DNA of 20,000 bases from sequence record DRR723986_1863; one strand, 5' to 3'. A program made the position numbers and the translations under genes. Numbering within the stretch: the stretch's first letter is position 1; each line of letters opens with the position of its first letter. Shown in pieces: positions 1-8,286 of this stretch. The notes beneath the pieces were generated by a model. The model searched no databases. It was not told the DNA's origin and was given only the letters and a program-made list of their open reading frames with translations.

Positions 1-840
1 AATGCCTGCCTCATGCGCCATTTGTGCCACCTTCATGGTGCGGACCATACCACCGAGATAACAGACGTCCGGCTGAATGATATCGACAACCCGTTCATCG
101 ATCATCCGCTGCCAGTCCACCAGAGAGCAATCCTGCTCCCCCCCTGTCACATCGATGTCGAGAGCATCTGTCACTTGCCTGGTCTGGTCATAGTGCCAGT
201 AGGGGCAAGGCTCCTCGTAATGAGAAATGCCGTTGGCTTCCAGGAACCGGCCGATCTCGATGGCCTTGGCTGGCGAATAGCAGGAGTTGGCATCGACCAG
301 CAGTGCGGTGTCGTCACCAAAGGCCTTGCGCATGGTCGGCACGATTTCTTCCGTCCGGCCCGGCCATTCGTCCTGGTCGCGGCCGCATTCGGCACCAATC
401 CGGAACTTGAAGGCGTCGAAGCCGTAAAGGTCCTGCTGCTTCTTGAGGCGATCCGCTTCGTCTTTCGCCGTGATGTCACGCTTCATCGACGACCCGTAGG
501 CCCGCACCCTGCCCGGCGTTCCGCCGAGCAGTTCGCACACCGGCTTGCCTTCCAGCTTGCCGCGCAAGTCGAACAGGGCAGTGTCCAGTCCCCCCATCGC
601 CCGGCGCAGATAGGAGCCGGGAAACTTGTGCTCCCGTTCCGGGATGATCTCCATCAGGTGTTCAATGTCGAAAGCGTCCTCGCCCAGCGCATAAGGTGCA
701 ACCTGACGGTGGACGACCTCCGCCGTGATATCCGCGTAGTAAGGCGCTACCTGCCCCCATCCGGTCGCACCGTTTTCGGCGGTTACACGAACGAAGCAGA
801 CAAACTCATTGGTAAATGTTTCTATTGATTGTATTTTCAT
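1..840 (-). CDS. Mandelate racemase/muconate lactonizing enzyme family protein (enolase superfamily), 3' end outside window
   Basis: Manual translation from ATG at 840-838 gives 280 open codons: MKIQSIETFTNEFVCFVRVTAENGATGWGQ...LDTALFDLRGKLEGKPVCELLGG...AFKFRIG...LLVDANSCY...HYEEPCP...VTGGEQD...IIQPDVCYLGG. Metal ligands D183/E209/E235 and the D-x-A-L-x-D-L-x-G-K motif are present. Absent from the ORF track, presumably because there is no stop within the window. Confidence 0.93.
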   Translation of the reverse strand, partial: MKIQSIETFTNEFVCFVRVTAENGATGWGQVAPYYADITAEVVHRQVAPYALGEDAFDIEHLMEIIPEREHKFPGSYLRRAMGGLDTALFDLRGKLEGKPVCELLGGTPGRVRAYGSSMKRDITAKDEADRLKKQQDLYGFDAFKFRIGAECGRDQDEWPGRTEEIVPTMRKAFGDDTALLVDANSCYSPAKAIEIGRFLEANGISHYEEPCPYWHYDQTRQVTDALDIDVTGGEQDCSLVDWQRMIDERVVDIIQPDVCYLGGMVRTMKVAQMAHEAGI

Positions 841-910
841 TGTCTTATCCGGTCCTCGGACGGACGGTCCCGATGGATAGGGGTTGGCTCGTGAACCGAC
901 CCTTATCCAG

Positions 911-958
911 AATTGGACTTGATAGAAGGTCCGTTTTGCGCAAACTCTCATACCAATT
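911..958 (-). promoter_or_regulatory. Putative MocR-family operator (two direct repeats plus one inverted repeat) facing the enolase gene and abutting the regulator's own RBS
   Basis: Minus strand reads AATTGGTATGAGAGTTTGCGCAAAACGGACCTTCTATCAAGTCCAATT, with the same geometry as 2474-2521. Confidence 0.7.
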
Positions 959-970
959 TGGGAGAACGCG

Positions 971-2458
971 ATGAAACGGCATGCCGGCGCTGTGCTCTCG
1001 TCGATCAAGATCGACAAGACGGCCGAAAAGAAAATTTCGATCCAGCTCTACATGGCGCTGCGCGACCTGCTGCTGACGGGGGCATTGACCCCAGGTGACC
1101 GGATGCCGGCCACACGCACCCTGGCGCAGGAGATCGGCGTCTCCCGCACGACGGTAATCGATGCGACCGACCGCCTGATTTCCGAGGGTCTTCTGGAGGC
1201 AAGGGTAGGCGCTGGCACGTTCGTGAGTGAAGCTCTGAATGCCCGCCTTGCACCGAAGCCGTCACAGGAGGCCAGCGACATCACCCCCGTCGTGCCGCGC
1301 CTTTCCCACGCGACCCGGCATGCCATCCCGGATTTCACCTTGCGCTCGCGCCTGCCGCACAAATCGCAGGCCTTTGTCACAGCCTTGCCGGCGCTCGACG
1401 CCTTTCCGATGGCGCAATGGGCAAAACTCTCCGCACGGCACTGGCGCAAGGACCGCGACCACATTGCCGGCTATGGCGAACCCTTCGGCTACATGCCGCT
1501 GCGCCGGGCGATTGCCCGTCAGCTTAATGCCTCCCGCGGAATCAAGTGCGATCCCGAACAGATATTCATCACCAACGGCGCCCAGCGCGCTTTTTCCCTG
1601 GTCGGCGGCATGCTGGTCAATCCAGGCGAGCCGATCTGGTTTGAAAATCCTGGTGCAATTGGTGCGCGCAACGCTTTTGTTGCCATTGGCGCAAGGCCAA
1701 TTCCTGTCGCCGTTGACGAGGAAGGTCTTTGCATCGAGGACGGCCTTGCCAAGGCGCCCTACTTTCGGCTCGCCTTCGTAACGCCATCCCACCAGCAGCC
1801 GCTTGGCCACGTCATGAGCCTTTCCCGCCGCCTGGCGCTTCTGACAGCCGCCAATGAAGCCGACGCCATGATCGTGGAGGACGACTACGACGGCGAATTC
1901 TATTTCGGCGACCAGCCACCACCAACGCTCAAGAGCATCGATACCCACGGCCGGGTAATCTATGTCGGCACCTTCTCCAAGTCCCTGTTTCCGGCCCTCA
2001 GGCTCGGCTTCGTTCTGGTGCCGGAAGGCCTGGTGGAAAGCTTCGAGCGGGTCTGCCTGACCTGGCTTGCCGGTGTTCCGACCGTCACCCAGGCGATCGT
2101 TGCCGAATTCATGGATGAAGGCATGTTCGCAACGCACATCCGCACCATGCGCCAACTCTACAAGCACCGTCACGATACCTTGATGGCAGAAAGCGCCAGT
2201 CTTGCAGGAGACATAGACCTGCAGCCAACCAGCAGCGGCTTTCACGCTGTCGGCCTTTTGTCGAACCGATACGACGAAGACAGGATCGTCGCTGAAGCGG
2301 CCAAACACGGCATCACCACCGCTCCCCTGTCTCGCTACGCTCTCGGCCGGATACCGCAGCGCGGCATTGTCCTCGGCTTCGGCAGCTCCGCGCAGGATGA
2401 CATCCGCAAAGGCATGAAGGTTCTCAAGAAAATCCTGCCTGTTTGCTGCACCAGCTAA
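971..2458 (+). CDS. MocR/GabR-subfamily GntR transcriptional regulator (wHTH plus fold-type I PLP domain)
   Basis: N-terminal GDRMPATRTLAQEIGVSRTTV HTH; ITNGAQ, VTPSHQQPLG, IVEDDYDGEF and GTFSKSLFPALRLGF (PLP Lys337) motifs; GGAGA RBS upstream. Confidence 0.95.
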   Translation: MKRHAGAVLSSIKIDKTAEKKISIQLYMALRDLLLTGALTPGDRMPATRTLAQEIGVSRTTVIDATDRLISEGLLEARVGAGTFVSEALNARLAPKPSQEASDITPVVPRLSHATRHAIPDFTLRSRLPHKSQAFVTALPALDAFPMAQWAKLSARHWRKDRDHIAGYGEPFGYMPLRRAIARQLNASRGIKCDPEQIFITNGAQRAFSLVGGMLVNPGEPIWFENPGAIGARNAFVAIGARPIPVAVDEEGLCIEDGLAKAPYFRLAFVTPSHQQPLGHVMSLSRRLALLTAANEADAMIVEDDYDGEFYFGDQPPPTLKSIDTHGRVIYVGTFSKSLFPALRLGFVLVPEGLVESFERVCLTWLAGVPTVTQAIVAEFMDEGMFATHIRTMRQLYKHRHDTLMAESASLAGDIDLQPTSSGFHAVGLLSNRYDEDRIVAEAAKHGITTAPLSRYALGRIPQRGIVLGFGSSAQDDIRKGMKVLKKILPVCCTS

Positions 2459-2473
2459 GGTGCACCCTCGGTC

Positions 2474-2521
2474 AATTGGACTGCTAAATTATCTGCAATG
2501 GATATATTTGGCAGGCCAATT
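2474..2521 (+). promoter_or_regulatory. Putative MocR-family operator upstream of the ABC operon
   Basis: AATTGGACTGCTAAATTATCTGCAATGGATATATTTGGCAGGCCAATT: TGGA direct repeats 22 bp apart and a terminal inverted CCAATT. Confidence 0.7.
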
Positions 2522-2573
2522 CCAACCTAGGCTTTTTTCCGGTTAGTACGCTGAGTGCATTCAGGAGGACGTC

Positions 2574-3650
2574 ATGCATTTGAAAACAACACTAACCGGC
2601 CTGTTGGCCGCAACCATGCTTGCCGGTGCCGGCTCTGCCCAGGCAGAGACCCTGCGCCTGTTGACCTGGGGGTCTTACGCTCCCGACGAACTGGTCCAAA
2701 AATTTGAAGAAGAATATCCGGACATTGATGTTGAAGTCACCTTCTCCAACAACGAGGAAATGATTGCCAAGCTGCGCGCCACTGGTGGTGCCGGCTTCGA
2801 CCTTGCCCAGCCAAGCCACGACCGCATCTACGCGGCCCAGCTGGAATATGACATCTACAAGCCGCTGGATCTTTCAAAGATCGACACCGGCGCGATGGAA
2901 GCCAAGCTGCTTGACGGCGTGAAGGCAAACACGACGATCGAGGGTGAAGTCTACGCGGTTCCCCACCAGTGGGGCACATCCGGCCTGATGGCCGACAAGA
3001 CAAAGGCCCCGGACCTTTCGAGCTGGGCCGACTTGTGCGACCCGGCCTACAAGGGCAAGACCTCGATGCGCCTGAAGCGCACGATCCTGCTCGGCACGGC
3101 CTTCTCGATGGGCGAAGATCCGTTCGCGGCCTATGCGGACCTTGAGAAATACCAGGGCATCCTGGACAAGGTCGCCGACAAGCTGATCGAGTGCAAAGAC
3201 AACATCAAGGCCTACTGGAAAGGCGGCGACGACCTGTCCGCCATGATGCTGTCAGGTGAAATCGTGGCATCCGAAACCTGGGATTCCACCGCTTACAAGC
3301 TCTACGACCAGAACCAGAACATCGTCTTCGTTCCGCCGAAGGAAGGCGCGCTAGCCTGGATCGACACCTTCGCCCTGCCGCGCAAGGGCAAGGCGGATGA
3401 TGCCGCCTACAAGTGGATCAACTTCGTGCTGCGGCCGGAAAACGTGACCATCATGTCCGGTAGCACCGGCGCGATTGCCGCGGTCAAGGGTGGTACCGAC
3501 CTGCTGCCGGAAGACAAGAAGGCAGCCGTGAATGCGGCCTTCACCGCAGCCGACATCGACAATCTCAAGTTCTTTGCCAACATTCCTCCCGGCGTGGAAG
3601 ACATGGAAGGCAAGACTCTCGAGAAGATCAAGGCAGCCACAGGCGGCTGA
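2574..3650 (+). CDS. ABC transporter periplasmic substrate-binding protein, PotD/PotF-like
   Basis: AGGAGG RBS; signal peptide ending AQA; LLTWGSY, FSNNEEMIAKL, SWADLCDPAYKG, PKEGALAWIDTFA and AYKWINFVLRP motifs typical of the PotD family. Confidence 0.9.
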   Translation: MHLKTTLTGLLAATMLAGAGSAQAETLRLLTWGSYAPDELVQKFEEEYPDIDVEVTFSNNEEMIAKLRATGGAGFDLAQPSHDRIYAAQLEYDIYKPLDLSKIDTGAMEAKLLDGVKANTTIEGEVYAVPHQWGTSGLMADKTKAPDLSSWADLCDPAYKGKTSMRLKRTILLGTAFSMGEDPFAAYADLEKYQGILDKVADKLIECKDNIKAYWKGGDDLSAMMLSGEIVASETWDSTAYKLYDQNQNIVFVPPKEGALAWIDTFALPRKGKADDAAYKWINFVLRPENVTIMSGSTGAIAAVKGGTDLLPEDKKAAVNAAFTAADIDNLKFFANIPPGVEDMEGKTLEKIKAATGG

Positions 3651-3658
3651 TCAGGTTC

Positions 3659-3698
3659 AGGGCTGCCGGAACCATTCCGGCAGCCCTTTCCTTTTTTT
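3659..3698 (+). terminator. Intra-operon hairpin/rho-independent terminator after the binding-protein gene
   Basis: Perfect stem AGGGCTGCCGGAA / TTCCGGCAGCCCT followed by TTCCTTTTTTT. Confidence 0.8.
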
Positions 3699-3780
3699 GA
3701 AAAAATCAAAACACCGGAGAGAAGCAACCGGACACAACCCGGCGCTCCAAACCCCGATCCCTTCCAGTTGGCCCGCATTG

Positions 3781-4905
3781 ATGAAACACACCTCACCCGC
3801 CTACGATCTTGAATGCCTCGACCTTGCCAAGAGTTTTGGAGGATTTCGCGCCGTCAAAGGCGTCTCCTTCGAGATCCCGAGCGGTTCGTTCTTCTCCATT
3901 CTCGGTCCGTCGGGCTGTGGCAAGACAACCCTGATGCGCATGATCGCGGGTTTCGAGGACCCGACCTCCGGCGATATCAAGATCAAGGGCAAGTCGGTAC
4001 TCGGCGTGCCGCCCAACCGGCGCAACGTCAAGATGGTGTTCCAGCATCTGGCGCTGTTCCCGATGATGAACGTCTACGAGAACATTGCCTATGGCCTCAG
4101 GTGTGCAGGCGTGAACAATGCCGACATCAAACGCAAGGTTCAGGACGTGCTGGAGCGGATCGCCCTGCCCGACGTCGGCGAGCGGGAAATCCACCAGTTG
4201 TCCGGCGGCCAGAAACAGCGCATCGCCATTGCTCGCTGCATGGTGCTCGATCCGGATGTGCTGCTGCTCGATGAACCGCTCGGCGCGCTCGATCTGAAGC
4301 TGCGCGAAGCGATGAAGATCGAGCTGAAGCTGTTGCAGCACCAGTTCAACACGACCTTTATCTACATCACCCACGATCAGTCGGAAGCACTGGTGATGTC
4401 CGATAACGTCGCCATCATGAACCAGGGCATTTTCGAACAGATCGGCACGCCGCAGGATCTCTATCATCATCCCAAGACCGCCTTCGTCGCCGGTTTTGTC
4501 GGCGATAGCAACCGCTGGTCCGGCACGGTGAAATCCGCAGATGGCACAGGTGGCAAGGTGGAAACGGACCAGGGCCTTTCGATGAGTTTCAGTGCCGGCG
4601 CGGGTCAGACCATTCGTGATGGCGACAAGGTGGAGATTTTCGTGCGGCCGGAATTCATCCGCACGGTGCGCTCATCCGAAGCGGACCAGGCCGTGACAGA
4701 AGGTGACAACCAGATGAGTGGTGTCATCGACAGCCTGCTCTTCAACGGTGCCAACAGCCGTGTTCTCGTACGGACCGGCAGCGGCGAGCTTATCGAATCC
4801 GACGTAACGGTAACCGGCAACAACGACCTGAAACCCGGAGAAGACGTGCGCCTGATCTGGTCGTCTCGTCAGGCCATGTGTTTTGCCCGCGCGGAGAGCG
4901 CATGA
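3781..4905 (+). CDS. ABC transporter ATP-binding protein, PotA-like
   Basis: Walker A GPSGCGKT, Q-loop VFQHLALFP, signature LSGGQKQR, Walker B LLLDEP, ITHDQSEA and a C-terminal TOBE-like region. Start moved from 3532 to ATG 3781 because the extension overlaps the upstream gene and terminator; no clear RBS, so the start is uncertain. Confidence 0.92.
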   Translation: MKHTSPAYDLECLDLAKSFGGFRAVKGVSFEIPSGSFFSILGPSGCGKTTLMRMIAGFEDPTSGDIKIKGKSVLGVPPNRRNVKMVFQHLALFPMMNVYENIAYGLRCAGVNNADIKRKVQDVLERIALPDVGEREIHQLSGGQKQRIAIARCMVLDPDVLLLDEPLGALDLKLREAMKIELKLLQHQFNTTFIYITHDQSEALVMSDNVAIMNQGIFEQIGTPQDLYHHPKTAFVAGFVGDSNRWSGTVKSADGTGGKVETDQGLSMSFSAGAGQTIRDGDKVEIFVRPEFIRTVRSSEADQAVTEGDNQMSGVIDSLLFNGANSRVLVRTGSGELIESDVTVTGNNDLKPGEDVRLIWSSRQAMCFARAESA

Positions 4906-5774
4906 TGCAGAACAAGGACATCAAACGGCTGTCGCTGATCCTGCTGTTTTCGCCTTTCGCGCTCTGGATCCTGCTGCTGATCATTCTGCCGCACATCGGC
5001 ATGGTGCTCCTCTCCTTCCGCGAGAAAGTGGCACCGCGCGTCTATGAGTACAGCTTCGCCAACTATCTGGATTTCATAAACGAACCGATCTACTGGAACA
5101 CCCTACTTCGAACCGGATCCATGTCCCTGCTGGTCACAGCACTGGCGCTGCTGATCGGCTTTCCCATTGCCTACTACATCGCCAAGATCGCCGGCCCCAG
5201 GGCGCGCGGTGGTCTGTTCCTGCTCTGCCTGATCCCGCTCTGGGTCAGCGACCTGATCCGTTCCTTCGGCTGGATCCTGCTGTTGCGCGAAACCGGTGTG
5301 ATTTCGAATTTCCTGCTCTGGACCGGACTGGTCGGCCAGCCTGTCGAGTTTCTCTACAACGACATCGCGGTCATCATCGGCCTCGTCTACACCGTGATCC
5401 TGTTCATGATCGTGCCACTGGTTTCGACGCTGGACGGCATGGACAATTCAATGATCGAGGCCGGGTACAATCTGGGCGGCAGCGGCTTCACCGTGCTGCG
5501 CCGGATCATCATTCCTTACGCGATGCCGGGCATCGTGGCCGGCTGTATCGTCACCTTCATGCTGACGGCAGGTTCCTACCTGACGCCGATCCTGCTCGGC
5601 GGCAAGAATTCGAGCTGGTTTACCGAACAGATCTACAATCAGTTCATCACCCGCTTCAACTGGGAAGGAGGCGCGGCCTTCGGCATGCTGCTCCTTATTT
5701 TTACCTCCGTCGTGATCTGGCTCGGCCTGAAACTCTCCGGTCAGACCCTCGCCAACACCGTGGCCAAGAGCTGA
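4902..5774 (+). CDS. ABC transporter permease, PotB-like
   Basis: Hydrophobic helices, GFPIAYYIA, EAA loop (IEAGYNLGG...IIIPYAMPGI); ATGA overlap with the ATPase stop and GGAG RBS support a start at 4902 (or 4905). Confidence 0.92.
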   Translation: MMQNKDIKRLSLILLFSPFALWILLLIILPHIGMVLLSFREKVAPRVYEYSFANYLDFINEPIYWNTLLRTGSMSLLVTALALLIGFPIAYYIAKIAGPRARGGLFLLCLIPLWVSDLIRSFGWILLLRETGVISNFLLWTGLVGQPVEFLYNDIAVIIGLVYTVILFMIVPLVSTLDGMDNSMIEAGYNLGGSGFTVLRRIIIPYAMPGIVAGCIVTFMLTAGSYLTPILLGGKNSSWFTEQIYNQFITRFNWEGGAAFGMLLLIFTSVVIWLGLKLSGQTLANTVAKS

Positions 5775-5786
5775 GGAGGACAGACG

Positions 5787-6647
5787 ATGCTTGCGCAAAA
5801 GAACTCCTCTCCGTTCCTGATGGGCTACCGGCTCTATGTCGTTGCCTTCTTCATCTTCCTGGCAGCGCCGCTGATTTCAGCCGGAGCCTTCGCCTTCAAC
5901 GACAGTCTGTTCCCGGCACTGCCCTGGCAAGGTTTCACGCTGGACTGGTTCTTCAGCGACACCGAGCCAAAACTCGGCATGTTCCATGACCGGCGTTTGC
6001 TGCAAGGGCTTTATTATTCCTTCGTCATCGCAATCTTCGTGGCGGCACTCTCCGTCTTCGTCGGCACGACCAATGCGTTCCTGTTCGTGCGCGGCGAGTT
6101 TCCGGGCAAGAACTTCTTCTACATTCTGATGGTGGTACCGCTGGTGATCCCGGGTGTCATCCTCGGCATCTCCATCCTGGTCCTGGCCAGCGACACCGCG
6201 AACTACATGGAAAACAGATTCGATCTGGAGCTTGAGTTCCTGAGGCCTGGCCTTCTGCTTGTCGTGTTCGGGCAGTTTTCCTTCATCACCACCATCACCT
6301 CGCTGGTGATCACAGCCCGGCTGAAGAAATTCGACGCCACGATGGAAGAAGCCGCCTTCAACCTGGGGGCAAGCCGGGTCCGCGTGTTGCGCACCGTCAC
6401 GCTGCCCTTCCTGCGTCCGGCGATGATCGCGGCCGGCATCGTTGCGTTCCTGGTCTCGTTCGAGAACTTCAACACCACGCTATTTCTTGTCGGCTCGGAA
6501 GCGCCGCTGACGATCACCATGTATGACCGGATGGCAAAGGTCGGCTCGACGCCGGTCCTCAATGCCGTCTCCTTCGTGCTCATGGTCGGGTCCGGACTGC
6601 TTGCGCTGCTATCGATTGCCATCCAGCGCGACAAGACCTCTCAATAG
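5787..6647 (+). CDS. ABC transporter permease, PotC-like
   Basis: GAGGAGG RBS; WQGFTLDWF, PLVIPGVILG and EEAAFNLGAS (EAA loop) motifs. Confidence 0.92.
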   Translation: MLAQKNSSPFLMGYRLYVVAFFIFLAAPLISAGAFAFNDSLFPALPWQGFTLDWFFSDTEPKLGMFHDRRLLQGLYYSFVIAIFVAALSVFVGTTNAFLFVRGEFPGKNFFYILMVVPLVIPGVILGISILVLASDTANYMENRFDLELEFLRPGLLLVVFGQFSFITTITSLVITARLKKFDATMEEAAFNLGASRVRVLRTVTLPFLRPAMIAAGIVAFLVSFENFNTTLFLVGSEAPLTITMYDRMAKVGSTPVLNAVSFVLMVGSGLLALLSIAIQRDKTSQ

Positions 6648-6655
6648 GAGCATTC

Positions 6656-8278
6656 ATGGCGGAGTTCGACTTTGTCATCGTCGGCGCGGGCTCGGCAGGC
6701 TCGGTGCTTGCCGACCGGCTGTCAGAAGACGGCAAATACACCGTCTGTCTTCTGGAGGCGGGCGGCTCGGATCTCAATTTCTGGATCTGGATGCCGATCG
6801 GCTACGGCAAGGCTTTCTATAACCGGAACATCAACTGGATGTACCACACCGAGGCGGACCCGGGGCTCAACGACCGCTCCGGCTACTGGCCGCGCGGCAA
6901 GGTGCTGGGCGGGTCCAGCTCGATCAATGCCATGGTCTATATCCGCGGTCAGCATGCGGATTTCGAGGACTGGAAGGCCCTCGGCAACACCGGCTGGGGC
7001 TGGCAGGACGTTCTGCCCTATTTCAAGCGCTCGGAAACCAATTGCAACGGTGCCGACGACTATCGCGGCGGGGATGGCCCGCTTTATGTCTCCTCCATGG
7101 ACAAGGACGTCCACCCGCTGTGTCAAAACTTCCTGGCAGCCAGCGAGGAAGCCGGCTTCAGCCGCAACCCGGATTTCAATGGCAGAAGCCAGGAAGGTGT
7201 CGGCCTCTACCAGATAACCGCGAAAAACGGGTTCCGCATGTCGACGGCCCGCGCCTATCTTTCACGCGCGAAAAAACGCCAGAATGTCTCCATCCTGACC
7301 AACGCACACACGACCCGGCTGATCCTTGAAAACGGACGGGCGACCGGTGTCGTCTACAGCCGAGGCGGCACCGAGCAGACCGTGAAGGCCCGCCGGGAAG
7401 TGATCCTCAGTGCAGGTGCCGTCAACTCGCCGCAAATCCTCATGCTGTCCGGCATTGGTGATGGTGCGGAACTGCAGGCCAAGGGCATCACCTCCACCTT
7501 GCACAGTCCTGCTGTTGGCAAGAACCTGCAGGACCATCTTGGCCTCGACTATCTCTACCGGTCCAAAGTGCCGACGCTGAACCAGCAGCTTTATCCCTGG
7601 TGGGGCAAGCTCGCCCAGGGCATCCGCTATGTCCTGACCCGCAGTGGTCCGCTATCGCTCAGCGTCAATCAGGCTGGTGGCTTCGTCAAAAGCAATCCGG
7701 ATTGTGAACGGCCGAACATCCAGCTTTACTTCTCGCCCGTCAGCTACACCAAGGCGCCGAAGGGGAAACGTCCGCTGATGAACCCGGACCCTTTCCCCGG
7801 TTTCCTCCTCGGCTTCCAGCCGACACGGCCAACCAGCCGCGGCCATATCTGCCTGCGCTCCACCGATCCGTTCGACATGCCTGAGATCCACCCGAACTCG
7901 CTCAGCACCAACCGCGATCTAACTGAGATGATCGAAGGCAGCAAGCTGATGCGCAAGATCGCCGAAAGTCCTGCCATGCAATCGGTTATCGACGAGGAGA
8001 TCACACCCGGCCCGGGTGTCCAGACCGACGAGGACATGCTGGCGGATGTCCGCAGCCGCTGTTCCACCGTCTTCCACCCTGTCAGCACCTGCCGCATGGG
8101 ACCGGAGGCAGGCGAAAACGTCGTCGACACGCGTCTACGAGTTTACGGGGTCGAAGGGCTTCGGGTTGTCGATGCCTCGATTTTCCCGACGGTCACCTCC
8201 GGCAACACCAATGCACCTGCGATCATGGTCGGCGAAAAAGGCGCGGACCTTATCCTGGAAGACACGCGAGCGGCGTAA
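6656..8278 (+). CDS. GMC-family FAD oxidoreductase (alcohol dehydrogenase; choline dehydrogenase/DddA-like fold)
   Basis: IVGAGSAG FAD motif, RGKVLGGSSSINAMVYIRG, GAVNSPQILMLSGIG, NLQDH, catalytic His (FHPVSTCRMG) and Asn (GNTNAP); AGGAG RBS. Confidence 0.95.
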   Translation: MAEFDFVIVGAGSAGSVLADRLSEDGKYTVCLLEAGGSDLNFWIWMPIGYGKAFYNRNINWMYHTEADPGLNDRSGYWPRGKVLGGSSSINAMVYIRGQHADFEDWKALGNTGWGWQDVLPYFKRSETNCNGADDYRGGDGPLYVSSMDKDVHPLCQNFLAASEEAGFSRNPDFNGRSQEGVGLYQITAKNGFRMSTARAYLSRAKKRQNVSILTNAHTTRLILENGRATGVVYSRGGTEQTVKARREVILSAGAVNSPQILMLSGIGDGAELQAKGITSTLHSPAVGKNLQDHLGLDYLYRSKVPTLNQQLYPWWGKLAQGIRYVLTRSGPLSLSVNQAGGFVKSNPDCERPNIQLYFSPVSYTKAPKGKRPLMNPDPFPGFLLGFQPTRPTSRGHICLRSTDPFDMPEIHPNSLSTNRDLTEMIEGSKLMRKIAESPAMQSVIDEEITPGPGVQTDEDMLADVRSRCSTVFHPVSTCRMGPEAGENVVDTRLRVYGVEGLRVVDASIFPTVTSGNTNAPAIMVGEKGADLILEDTRAA

Positions 8279-8286
8279 GGCACGTA

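Noticed and set aside
13..828. 271-aa plus-strand ORF from the track
   Set aside because: Antisense shadow of the minus-strand enolase-superfamily gene, which carries all the family motifs.
1262..2308. 348-aa minus-strand ORF
   Set aside because: Antisense to the MocR gene with no recognisable motifs; long shadow ORFs are expected at high GC.
3532..3780. 83-residue N-terminal extension of the ABC ATPase
   Set aside because: Overlaps the binding-protein gene and crosses a terminator hairpin; family-like sequence begins only after 3781.
2574..6647. Naming the ABC system potABCD (spermidine/putrescine uptake)
   Set aside because: The fold is Pot-like, but the pocket residues and gene context argue against polyamines, so symbols were withheld.
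6656..8278. Calling the GMC enzyme betA
   Set aside because: No betB/betI context and only general GMC motifs support it.
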